From NCBI GenBank assembly GCA_964016885.1, contig OZ024741.1, positions 207,824,001 through 207,888,000 of the forward strand: a stretch of 64,000 nucleotides of DNA. The letters are read 5' to 3'. Position numbers and translations under genes: made by a program. The DNA comes from Eledone cirrhosa (lineage: Eukaryota). Of this stretch, positions 29,098 through 41,705 are shown one piece after another. The notes beneath the pieces were generated by a model, which saw only the letters and a list, made by a program, of their open reading frames with translations, was not told the DNA's origin and did not search any database. How positions within the stretch are numbered: the stretch's first letter is position 1; each line of letters starts with the position of its first letter.

Positions 29098-29400
29098 AAA
29101 GTTCTATTTAAAGTTGTTGGGATACAACAAGTAAATATTTTTATAACTGATATAAAGCACTCGACAAATTTTTGTAGTAGATATATGATATTAATAAATG
29201 GAAACTATATTTATAAAACCATATTTATTTCATTATACATATTTCAGGGATACCACATTAAATTATGGTATGCCTTCATCAGACAATATATAACAGTTTT
29301 ACAAATAGGTTTGACGTACCCTTTTAAAATACAACCATTACTTTTGGAGGCTGTCTGGATAGTGATTTGTTTATATAATAAGTCATAGTGTTCAGCACAA
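29093..29400 (-). mobile_element. HHR element, family E
   Basis: Homologous to 52868-53250. Reverse complement reads CTGATGA-aggcataccata..tgtggtatccct-GAAA-tatgta-TA. Confidence 0.7.
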
Positions 29401-29692
29401 TTAGAAAAAGACGGAGAGAATGAAAAAAGAAGGAGAGAGAGAAAAGAACAAAGTCGGAGAGAGAGAAAGAAAAGAGAAAGAAAACGTGGAGAAATATCGG
29501 AGAGAGAAATGTATGGAGAAAAGAAAGAGATAGATAAAGATAGGAGGAAATATAAAAGAAAGAAAAGGAAGGAATAAGAAAAACAAAGGAAAGCAACAGA
29601 GAGATATCAAGTCATCATACAGAAAGAAAAACTCAAGAGAGAGAGATACTATATAGAGAGAGGGGGGGACAGTGACAACTTTACGTCATGTC

Positions 29693-29725
<33 letters not shown>

Positions 29726-29731
<6 letters not shown>

Positions 29732-32700
29732 TATGAAGAGAGAAGAAACATTTAGATATAATTAGTAATAAAATGTATCATACCTAAACTGTTCCTAAAT
29801 TCCTCGACTACGTAGTTTCGTGGCATAAACAAAAACAATATATCAAAGATATAGAGTTCTTGCGAGGTCTGCCGACTTATCAAGAGGATACCTCATTTTA
29901 CTAGTCTCAAGAACGCGTCTACACGACGTGAGAAAGAATCCCAAAAGGCGGAGGGGGAGATAGTCACGCGATATAACGGTCGAGAAACAGAGCTAAGCCT
30001 CTTATAACCACGAAGAAAATACCACGGAGGCGGAGGGGGTATTCATATCGAGGCCGTAGAAGAGGTAGTGAAGAAGGCGAGAAGTATGAGTAATGGAAGC
30101 TTTCCAGTTGTCTCCACACTTCAAAGATTGCTCGACCAGAGGGAGTTATTAATATATTAAGAAACACACAGATACATGCGGACACACACATATATACATG
30201 AATGCATCCGCACCCAACTGTGAGTTAAGAGTGCCAACTTCACCGATGTTGCTCTATGAATGACTGGGACAGACCAATTCAGTTTGAACCAGACTGAACC
30301 AGTATCAGAGTTAAAAATACATTATGAAGAGAGAAGAAACATTTAGATATAATTAGTAATAAAATGTATCATACCTAAACTGTTCCTAAATTCCTCGACT
30401 ACGTAGTTTCGTGGCATAAACAAAAACAATATATCAAAGATATAGAGTTCTTGCGAGGTCTGCCGACTTATCAAGAGGATACCTCATTTTACTAGTCTCA
30501 AGAACGCGTCTACACGACGTGAGAAAGAATCCCAAAAGGCGGAGGGGGAGATAGTCACGCGATATAACGGTCGAGAAACAGAGCTAAGCCTCTTATAACC
30601 ACGAAGAAAATACCACGGAGGCGGAGGGGGTATTCATATCGAGGCCGTAGAAGAGGTAGTGAAGAAGGCGAGAAGTATGAGTAATGGAAGCTTTCCAGTT
30701 GTCTCCACACTTCAAAGATTGCTCGACCAGAGGGAGTTATTAATATATTAAGAAACACACAGATACATGCGGACACACACATATATACATGAATGCATCC
30801 GCACCCAACTGTGAGTTAAGAGTGCCAACTTCACCGATGTTGCTCTATGAATGACTGGGACAGACCAATTCAGTTTGAACCAGACTGAACCAGTATCAGA
30901 GTTAAAAATACATTATGAAGAGAGAAGAAACATTTAGATATAATTAGTAATAAAATGTATCATACCTAAACTGTTCCTAAATTCCTCGACTACGTAGTTT
31001 CGTGGCATAAACAAAAACAATATATCAAAGATATAGAGTTCTTGCGAGGTCTGCCGACTTATCAAGAGGATACCTCATTTTACTAGTCTCAAGAACGCGT
31101 CTACACGACGTGAGAAAGAATCCCAAAAGGCGGAGGGGGAGATAGTCACGCGATATAACGGTCGAGAAACAGAGCTAAGCCTCTTATAACCACGAAGAAA
31201 ATACCACGGAGGCGGAGGGGGTATTCATATCGAGGCCGTAGAAGAGGTAGTGAAGAAGGCGAGAAGTATGAGTAATGGAAGCTTTCCAGTTGTCCCCACA
31301 CTTCAAAGATTGCTCGACCAGAGGGAGTTATTAATATATTAAGAAACACACAGATACATGCGGACACACACATATATACATGAATGCATCCGCACCCAAC
31401 TGTGAGTTAAGAGTGCCAACTTCACCGATGTTGCTCTATGAATGACTGGGACAGACCAATTCAGTTTGAACCAGACTGAACCAGTATCAGAGTTAAAAAT
31501 ACATTATGAAGAGAGAAGAAACATTTAGATATAATTAGTAATAAAATGTATCATACCTAAACTGTTCCTAAATTCCTCGACTACGTAGTTTCGTGGCATA
31601 AACAAAAACAATATATCAAAGATATAGAGTTCTTGCGAGGTCTGCCGACTTATCAAGAGGATACCTCATTTTACTAGTCTCAAGAACGCGTCTACACGAC
31701 GTGAGAAAGAATCCCAAAAGGCGGAGGGGGAGATAGTCACGCGATATAACGGTCGAGAATAGCTCTGTTTCTCGACCGTTATATCGCGTGACTATCTCCC
31801 CCTCCGCCTTTTGGGATTCTTTCTCACGTCGTGTAGACGCGTTCTTGAGACTAGTAAAATGAGGTATCCTCTTGATAAGTCGGCAGACCTCGCAAGAACT
31901 CTATATCTTTGATATATTGTTTTTGTTTATGCCACGAAACTACGTAGTCGAGGAATTTAGGAACAGTTTAGGTATGATACATTTTATTACTAATTATATC
32001 TAAATGTTTCTTCTCTCTTCATAATGTATTTTTAACTCTGATACTGGTTCAGTCTGGTTCAAACTGAATTGGTCTGTCCCAGTCATTCATAGAGCAACAT
32101 CGGTGAAGTTGGCACTCTTAACTCACAGTTGGGTGCGGATGCATTCATGTATATATGTGTGTGTCCGCATGTATCTGTGTGTTTCTTAATATATTAATAA
32201 CTCCCTCTGGTCGAGCAATCTTTGAAGTGTGGGGACAACTGGAAAGCTTCCATTACTCATACTTCTCGCCTTCTTCACTACCTCTTCTACGGCCTCGATA
32301 TGAATACCCCCTCCGCCTCCGTGGTATTTTCTTCGTGGTTATAAGAGGCTTAGCTCTGTTTCTCGACCGTTATATCGCGTGACTATCTCCCCCTCCGCCT
32401 TTTGGGATTCTTTCTCACGTCGTGTAGACGCGTTCTTGAGACTAGTAAAATGAGGTATCCTCTTGATAAGTCGGCAGACCTCGCAAGAACTCTATATCTT
32501 TGATATATTGTTTTTGTTTATGCCACGAAACTACGTAGTCGAGGAATTTAGGAACAGTTTAGGTATGATACATTTTATTACTAATTATATCTAAATGTTT
32601 CTTCTCTCTTCATAATGTATTTTTAACTCTGATACTGGTTCAGTCTGGTTCAAACTGAATTGGTCTGTCCCAGTCATTCATAGAGCAACATCGGTGAAGT

Positions 32701-33370
32701 TGGCACTCTTAACTCACAGTTGGGTGCGGATGCATTCATGTATATATGTGTGTGTCCGCATGTATCTGTGTGTTTCTTAATATATTAATAACTCCCTCTG
32801 GTCGAGCAATCTTTGAAGTGTGGGGACAACTGGAAAGCTTCCATTACTCATACTTCTCGCCTTCTTCACTACCTCTTCTACGGCCTCGATATGAATACCC
32901 CCTCCGCCTCCGTGGTATTTTCTTCGTGGTTATAAGAGGCTTAGCTCTGTTTCTCGACCGTTATATCGCGTGACTATCTCCCCCTCCGCCTTTTGGGATT
33001 CTTTCTCACGTCGTGTAGACGCGTTCTTGAGACTAGTAAAATGAGGTATCCTCTTGATAAGTCGGCAGACCTCGCAAGAACTCTATATCTTTGATATATT
33101 GTTTTTGTTTATGCCACGAAACTACGTAGTCGAGGAATTTAGGAACAGTTTAGGTATGATACATTTTATTACTAATTATATCTAAATGTTTCTTCTCTCT
33201 TCATAATGTATTTTTAACTCTGATACTGGTTCAGTCTGGTTCAAACTGAATTGGTCTGTCCCAGTCATTCATAGAGCAACATCGGTGAAGTTGGCACTCT
33301 TAACTCACAGTTGGGCGCGGATGCATTCATGTATATATGTGTGTGTCCGCATGTATCTGTGTGTTTCTTA

Positions 33371-33378
<8 letters not shown>
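29726..33378. repeat. Inverted tandem array of a 591-bp monomer with variant hammerhead: ~3.4 units on - (29726-31759), ~2.7 units on + (31760-33378)
   Basis: 591-bp period (29731, 30322, 30913, 31504). Fold-back apex cggtcgagaa-tagctctgt-ttctcgaccg. (TA)n at both outer ends. Confidence 0.97.
31867..31954 (+). ncRNA. Type I hammerhead with U3-A8 core (also 32458, 33049 on +; 29801, 30392, 30983, 31574 on -)
   Basis: tcctc-TTGATAA-[gtcggca..gcaagaac tc tatatc ttt gatata tt gtttttgt..tgccac]-GAAA-ctacgtag-TC-gagga. Confidence 0.85.
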
Positions 33379-33454
<76 letters not shown>

Positions 33455-33527
33455 GGGAGAGAGACCACTTTCGATTTAACTACTAACTATATATTCTTAC
33501 AATTACAATAAATGCTCATTAGTGTAA

Positions 33528-33720
33528 GGGCGGTGGATTGGCAGTATCGGTAGAGGGTCGGACGCCATGCTTTGACGCATAGAGTTACGGCCCCTTCCAA
33601 TCTAAGTTCAAATCCCGCCGAGGTTAACTTTGCCTTTCATCCTTACGGGGTCGATAAAATAAAGTACCAGTAATGCGCTGGTTAATTGCTGGCCTGGTGC
33701 CAAAAGTAGAAACAATTATT
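33528..33720 (+). mobile_element. tRNA-derived SINE, full length
   Basis: gggcggtggattggcagtatcgg...gttcaaatcc...gtagaaacaattatt. Confidence 0.88.
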
Positions 33721-34949
33721 GTATGGATATCTTGAATTCTATTCTTTATGTTGGTTTTGGTGATTTAATACATATTTACATACCAAATTGAATGTAGTTG
33801 TATCCATGAGCATTTGCGACTGTCTTTCTAGTTTGTTCGACGGAGGCGTCACGCGATCATTAATTTCTATGGGCATCAACCTGCCAGAAACATATATTTC
33901 CAGATGTGGCTAATATTCTTCGAAGTAGTTGTCGTTATATATCATAGTGTAAAAACACAGATGGAAACACACTCCCACACACATTTACACACACTCACAT
34001 ACGCACATACACATACACACACACTCACACACACCACACAACATACATTCACTTACATACATACATACATACATACGTCAGTTTAAGATATCGAAATACA
34101 GATGATTATTGTATTATTAACAGGTATAATGGAATAATAGTGTAATAGTTTTAATTGGGTAATAGAATGGTAAAATAATAATTTAATGGAATTATGTACA
34201 TTTCAGCGACAGAAATCTGTACTGAATTACACCAGCTAACTGAGATTGAAACTTAAATAACCAAACAACTGGTTCTCTTACAATATCGGTATCATTATGT
34301 GAGCGTGTCTTTGATATATATATTATTGGGTCAAGAGGAGATAATTACTGTATAGGAAACCAGAGGTTGGCATTTGAATTTTGATTGCCGCACTTTTAGC
34401 TTGTAATTTCCGACATGAAGATTAAAACAAATTGTGAAAAGTTTACATTTCTGTGAAGGAACGTGGCCCAGTAATTAGGTTGTTGGATCGGTGATCGTAT
34501 GGTCGTGTTTTCAGTATAATGCGCGAGCAAATAATCTCACTACATGTTGTTCCAGTCCACTGAGTTGAAAAAGAAATTGTGTACCAGTGATAGTAAACTG
34601 TATCCTACAATGCAGTAAGAGACAATATATATACAATACAGTAAGTGAAAATATATAGTGACAATATATATAAGTTTTAGTCGGTCGATTGTACCGACAC
34701 CAGTACTTCTTTTCTTTTCATCTGGTACTTACTTTATCAATTTCTAAATGTCAAATCACTAAATTGCGGGACGTGAATATAAAGCAACGTAAATTACTTT
34801 TGAAAATCATAACAACTGTGAAACCGGTAAAGTAAATAAATAAATATTCTTAAAAGACACCAGTCACATTTTCAATTTCTTTTCCTTATACAAGTTACCC
34901 TTGTGGGATATCTTTTAAAAAACATAATTTTCTTATAAATATATATATA

Positions 34950-35660
34950 TATGTTGTTATACTTTGGGAGGGTCATGTTGCCAATATGGAACACACGCAC
35001 CGATGCTTTCACTTATTATAAATTAAATTTATAAATTTAGGAATTTATAAATTTCCGGTTGGGTGGTTGGTTCCACAACCAGACGATTGTTCATATATTG
35101 TCAAAGTTCTTTCGTCACACATTCTGTGACCTCTTCAGTGACTGAGGATTATTTTCTTTGTTTTTGTGCCTCTCCTTTGTCCTGTCCTACGCCATCTTGT
35201 TTTTGTGTGTATTGTGTGCTTAGTTTGCGCATGTGTTGCATCCGGTGTTTATATTTGTTTATTTATTTGTTTATTTACATGTTACTGGTTGGTTGTTTGT
35301 TCTATGTGTGTGTGTTCTTTCATTTTGTCCTTAATTGCAAGTTGTGATGTTGCTATGCCATTCATGCTTGCTATGTAATTTTGGTTGGAGTTCATTTATG
35401 TTTATTGCCTCTGTGATTCGTCTAAACATTGCGTCTTTTCTGTGTGTAGATTCTATTTTTATTTCTATGTTCTCTAATTTACCCTTATGTTCTATTTTAG
35501 CATGTTGGTAGAGTACAGATGATTCTTTACTATCTTGAAGCTCTCGCCAGTGTTCATTTATCCGTTCTCATATACAACGAGCTGTCTCACCTATGTACAC
35601 TATATTCTTATCTCTACATTGTCCTTCAGTACATCTTATGCTATATACTTATATGGAGAA
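34950..35660 (-). mobile_element. PLE 3' fragment: GIY-YIG remnant + hammerhead (35100-35142)
   Basis: Reverse complement translates YSIRCTEGQCRDKNIVYIGETARCI*ERINEH..SVLYQHA. HHR gtca-CTGAAGA-ggtcaca gaa tgtgtgac-GAAA-gaac-TT-tgac. Confidence 0.8.
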
Positions 35661-37257
35661 TTATGTTTGTAAGTATTTATCTTATTACAATATTGTAGTA
35701 GGTTATATGTATAAATATCTGTATATATTAATAATTGCATTTAGTATTAAAGATATATAGATAATTTACAATTATTAGTTGTTTATATTTCTAATATGAG
35801 TTAGGAAGGTTGTTGGTTTTGTGATTTACGTCACGTCATTATTTGATGACTAAAAACGTCATCAACTGATGGGCATTTTTATACACTTAGCGGCGCTGAG
35901 CGAAGTAACATGTTATTCTGAGCCAGATTTATAAATTTACGTGGTATGTAGGCTATCTTTTATAATCTTTATAATCTCTGTATATATGTTTGGGTTTGAC
36001 CCCACCTAGCAGGCATGCTAGGGTACCTGGTGGATTTAATGATTTGGGCACTTTGTGTTATTTTCTTTTTTTGTTTTGTATAGTTTATTTACCCACGTGT
36101 TCTGATGGCTGCTGCTGTTACCAGGCATTTTTTTTTACGTGTTCGTGACTGGATTGTGTGTGGAGACTTTGGTTGTTTTAAATTTGGAACTGAAACTTGA
36201 ACACATTATGATATACGGCCTGGGATCTTAAACATATGGAAGTTTTTTGATGTATAAATCCAGCATGTAATTCTTATTACTGGATGTGATGTTATGGTTG
36301 AGTGATAACTATCCAACTATTTTATACTTTTGAACGATCTACATATGTTGTATTATTTAGACTGATTTGTTATCTGCTGACAATCCTATTTCTATTTAAC
36401 CCCTAGATATTCGGGACGTATGTAACCGATTGGTCTAGGCTATACGGTTAATATATATGTGTAGTAACTCTTTGCCAGTTGATTTTACAGTAACTAAAAT
36501 AAGATTGTGGGGCTTTTGCTTCAGCTCTATCTTGTGTATAGTTTGCTTTATATGTGGTGCCTGTCTATATACTTGTTATACTCAGCTCTATCCTGTAATA
36601 ACCATAATTTGCTTGTGTATGGCTTGCATTTATGTGATACCTGCCTATATGCTTGTGGAGCACCCATGGGCTACGTAATTCGGGTACCTACCAGTATACC
36701 TTGTATATGTATACCATGGCGGGGATTTTGATTGCTGTGGTCTTTCTGTATGTACCTTAACAACCTCTTAGTGCTTATATAACTATATGTTACGGAGATC
36801 CTATTCACTCGTTTTATTAGTGAACAGCACTTAATTTCTTCTGGCTTTTTTATATGCTTAAAACTCTTTCTTTTCTTCGTCCTGTTTTCATTTCTTTTAA
36901 AATTAAAAATAAATTTTTTTACCTTTTTATTTACTTTTTATCTATTTATTTACTTTTTATCTCTTTATATTATCTTCCTTTTTTTATTATTATTATATTA
37001 TTTTATTATATTTCTTTTTTATTATATATATATATTTTTTTATTATGTTTTAACCATTGTTTGTATTGTTTGTTTTGTGTGCCATCAATTGTATCTGCAT
37101 CTTGTGAGATCTGCTTGTGCCCCAGCATTTGGCTGTGGTGCTTAACAACCCCAACATGTACTCCCTCCGTATCCGCCATCTCCGATCTCACTATCTTTAC
37201 CCTCTATTGTATTCCGATTGTTCGTGTGACTAAGCCTGGTAGAGCTTATACTCAGCA

Positions 37258-37327
37258 CAGTGTTTATTAAGCTCTGAGGATTCCTACCAAACGGTATGGA
37301 TGAAACAATGTAAGCAAATAAAAACTG
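37258..37327 (+). ncRNA. Type I hammerhead at the 3' end of an uncharacterised element (~35700-37460)
   Basis: cagtgtttattaagct-CTGAGGA-ttcctacc aaac ggtatggat-GAAA-caatg-TA-agcaaataaaaactg. Confidence 0.85.
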
Positions 37328-37469
37328 TTTGAGTATGTAAGTGTTCTTTGGTTTCTTTTACATATAACGGCTCTGTTCTTGTACATTGAGCTAATACAAT
37401 ACTGTCATTATACAACATGGTGCATATGTGTTTATGCACATATGCTCCGTGCTATACGTATATATATAC

Positions 37470-37601
<132 letters not shown>

Positions 37602-37802
37602 TGAGAAAAACCACAGACCCTCCATCTCAACTCTACTTTTGAAAAGGAGAAGAACTGCGAAACCGGTAAAGGAGCCAAATAAATATATATATTTTTTTAA
37701 AAATAAGACACCAGTTGCATTTTCGATTTCATCTTTTTTTCTTTATACTTTCACTCGTGTAGGACACCTCGGTTATTTTTCAATTTGTAAAAAAAACCTC
37801 AC

Positions 37803-37849
<47 letters not shown>

Positions 37850-37850
<1 letters not shown>

Positions 37851-38300
37851 TGAAAAAATGAAACGAAATTTCATTTCCCACTCTTAGTACGGCTGTTACT
37901 TAAATATAAGTATGTACACGTACATACATATATGTATACAGACGTACAGTAGTATATATATATACATACATGCATCTATATATATATGTACGTATGGATT
38001 CACAGAACATTTATTATAATGCTCGGTGTGTTTGTAAACAAACATCCCGTATTAAGCCGTAGTGTCTAGCAACCATCGTTCCTCGTTTGTTCAACACTGA
38101 CAAAGGAACGCTGTACTAGTTTCAAGCTTATTAGCTATCGTCAGCAACGTATACCTTCCTGCCAGATTGTTGAACGTATATACTTACCTTATGCATATTA
38201 ACGGCTGAGTAGCCCAATTTGCATATCGAGTGGGTAAATCGGCCGGGTGCACCGAAAACGATAAACGGAAAAAATGAAACGAAATTTCATTTCCCACTCT
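37850..38300 (-). mobile_element. Family B HHR element (~1.1 units)
   Basis: Homologous to 2843-3470. The terminal ~33 bp are directly repeated (37851/38268). Confidence 0.85.
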
Positions 38301-38350
38301 TAACCCTAACCCTAACCCTAACGTTAACGCTAACCCTAACCCTAACCCTA
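38301..38350. repeat. Interstitial telomeric repeat (TAACCC)n, ~8 units, 2 degenerate
   Basis: taaccctaaccctaaccctaacgttaacgctaaccctaaccctaacccta. Confidence 0.9.
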
Positions 38351-38454
38351 TAAACGTATGTTACACTAAACTATTTCTTTATTTAATTCATGTACGCATG
38401 AATACGTGAGGGTATACGTGTATATATACATACATATATATATATATATATATA

Positions 38455-38640
38455 GTTTTAATATAGATGAGATTCTACAGGACTAGAACTGTTTCATTCA
38501 TTAGAAATCATCAGGAATCTTTTCTAATGAATGAAACAGTTCTAGTCCTGTAGAATCTCATCTATATTAAAACTGTTATACTCTGCTATGTATTGAGTAC
38601 CTTACTTACTGTGGTTACCTCCGATTCAACCCGGAATAAC
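38455..38640. mobile_element. Family D fold-back with complete HHR on - (38470-38520)
   Basis: Reverse complement reads agattc-CTGATGA-tttctaatgaat-GAAA-cag ttctagtc ctg-TA-gaatct. 38455-38508 is inverted at 38520-38574. Confidence 0.85.
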
Positions 38641-38728
<88 letters not shown>

Positions 38729-38899
38729 ATGTGTGTGTGTGTGTATGTGTGTGTGTGTGTACATATATTAAGGCCAAGTTTTAGTTTTGTTATAATGGCA
38801 TCTTTCCAATGTACTCCACAGAGTTGGTTACACTGTGTACACACAAGAGAAATTCCAGATTAACAAAATTCAAATTTGGATTTTCATAAAGAAAATATT

Positions 38900-39078
38900 T
38901 TTTTCTACTTTTGGCTCAAGGCCAGCAATTACCCAGTGCATTACTGGTGCTTTAGTTTATCGACACTGTAAAGATGAAAACCAAAGCTAACCTCGGCGGT
39001 ATTTGAACTCAGAACGTATAAAGGGCCATAACTCTATGCAGCAAAACAGGTCCGACGCTCTACCGATACTGCCAATCC
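38900..39078 (-). mobile_element. tRNA-derived SINE
   Basis: Same family as 33528-33720. Confidence 0.8.
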
Positions 39079-39219
39079 ATACTCTCTACTATGGTATTCA
39101 GCGCTCACCATTCTCGCGGACATCAAAACTAAACGGATTTATGTATGTATGTCGAATGTATGTCGAACGTATATATGTATATATATTCATATATATATAT
39201 ATTTATATATATATATATT

Positions 39220-39257
<38 letters not shown>

Positions 39258-39289
39258 TATAGGACTGGAGTATACATAATATATAAGAT

Positions 39290-40125
39290 CGCACATATTA
39301 TCAATTCCTTCAATATACAAACCTTAACTTCCCATTATTTTTCTCAAATCATCTAATACACAAACCTTAATAATTTTTTAATACATATTAACCCTTTCTT
39401 CGCACATATTATCAATTCCTTCAATATACAAACTTTAACTTCACATTATTTTTCTCAAATCCTTCTACACACAAACCTTAATAATTTTTTTCGCTTCGTT
39501 AATTTTGAAATTGCCACAATACTTATAAACATACACCTTTTGACGTTAGAATATTCATCCGCAATTATTATTTTTTTCTCTCTATCTTCATACATATCAA
39601 CTCCCTCTCTTTCCTCGTACATATTTTTCCCTTCGTTAATTTTCAAATTCTTTTAATTTATACATTATCTTCCAACGGTTCTCAACCTCTCTATGTAAAA
39701 CAATATATCTTTTCTCAGTTATAAAAACTATCTCTTTCTCTCTATCACCCATCTCTCTATGTAAAACAATATATCTTTTCTCAGTTATAAAAACTATCTC
39801 TTTCTCTCTATCACCCATCTCTCCCTCTCCACCTTCACTCTCATCTCCTCCCCTTTTTTCATCCTTTCCACCCCCCCCCCTAAATAAAATATTTTTTCCT
39901 CGTACATATTTTTCCCTTCGTTAATTTTCAAATTCTTTTAATTTATACATTATCTTCCAACGGTTTTCAACCTCTCTATGTAAAACAATATATCTTCTCT
40001 CAGTTATAAAAACTATCTCTTTCTCTCTATCACCATCTCTCCCTCTCCACCTTCACTCTCATCCATCTCCTCCCCTTTTTCATCCTTTCCACCCCCTCCT
40101 CTCTAAATAAAATATTTTTCCCAAT
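39290..40125. repeat. Nested local tandem duplications (pyrimidine-rich)
   Basis: 39290/39400; 54-bp unit at 39687/39754; ~280-bp unit at 39612/39895. Confidence 0.8.
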
Positions 40126-40429
40126 ATCACACATCAATCTAAAACCACTTTTCATATGTTGATTTAAAACTGCACTATCCACAAGTGTTTTTTAGCCTTC
40201 ATATCATGTTCTCCTGTTTTATCTGATGAAAACACAAATATTATTGCATGATGATGTTTGTTTTTGAAATGCGCATAATAAAATACATGGAACTCCTTTA
40301 ACCATCTTTTGATCTTATATATATAAATATATATATATATATAAACTATAATAAAGTAAGAAGCGTGGGACTGCGTACGGTTTATAATTTTTTATCCCCT
40401 TAGTAAAATAAGTTGGATTACTTTGAATA

Positions 40430-40802
40430 AATAATTGTTTCTACTTTTGGCACAAGGCCAGCAATTACCCATTACATTACTGTTACTTTATTTTATCGTC
40501 CCCGTAAGGATGAAAGGTAAAGTTAACCTCGGCAGGATTTGAACTCAGATCGTAAAGGGACGTAACTACGCTGGAAAGCATGTCTGACCCTCTACCAATA
40601 CTGCCAAATCACCGCCCTTACTTTGTTACTTATTCATTATTTATTACTTTGAATAAATAATTGTTTCTACTTTTGGCACAAGGCCAGCAATTACCCAATG
40701 CATTACTGGTACTTTATTCTATCGAGCCCGGAAGGATGAAAGGCAAAGTTAACCTCGGCGGGATTTGAACTCAGATCATACAGGGAGGTAACTCTATGCT
40801 TC
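40430..40802 (-). mobile_element. Two SINE copies in tandem within a host repeat (40330-41140)
   Basis: 40430-40618 and 40657-40802, each preceded by attactttgaataaataat. Confidence 0.85.
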
Positions 40803-41144
40803 AAAAAATTAGTGACAAAAATATATGTATGTTTATTTAAACGATCGCTAACCGGAAGAGTTGACATTTGAAAATTTTAAAGAAGTGAATCTTTAAATAA
40901 GTAATAAAATATATTTAATGAACAGCCACGAAATTTAGTAGATAAGTTATGTAATATTCATTCATTACTTTGAATAAATAATGAATGAATATTACATAAC
41001 TTATCTACTAAATTTCGTGGCTGTTCATTAAATATATTTTATTACTTATTTAAAGATTCACTTCTTTAAAATTTTCAAATGTCAACTCTTCCGGTTAGCG
41101 ATCGTTTAAATAAACATACATATATTTCTGTCACTAATTTTTTG

Positions 41145-41705
41145 TTTACAAACAAACCGAGCATGATAATAAATGTTCGCGAACCTATACGTACATATAT
41201 ATATATGTGTCTGCATGTATATATGTAAATACATACTACTGTACGTCTATATACATATATGTATGTACGTATACATACTTATATTTAAGTATCAGCCGTA
41301 CTAAGAGTGAGAAATGAAATTTCATTTTCTCGATTTATCGTTTTCGGTACTCCCGGCCGACTAACTCACTCGATATGCAAATTAGACTGCTCAGCCGTTA
41401 ATATGCATCAGGAAAGTATATACTTTCAAAACGTTCAATCAACTGACAGGAAGGTATACGGTGCAGATGACAGCTAATAAGCTAGAAACTAGTTCATCGT
41501 TCCTTTGTCATTGTTGAACAAAAGGGCAACGATGGTTCCCGAACACTGTACGGCTAATAATTCGGGCTGTTTGTTTACGAACAAACCGAGCATTATACTA
41601 AATGTTCGGTAAAACCATACGTACATACATATATGTGTGTGCATGTATGTATGTATATACATAATACTGTACGTCTGTATACATATATGTATGTACGTAT
41701 ACTTA
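41145..41705 (+). mobile_element. Family B HHR element, decayed (~1.3 units)
   Basis: Homologous to 2843-3470. Core reads CAGATGA..GAAActagTT. Confidence 0.8.

Noticed and set aside
29964-32973. Five copies of a 75-aa ORF (MCVSACICVF...)
   Set aside because: A by-product of the 591-bp repeat that starts in a (TG)-rich patch and has no recognisable domain.
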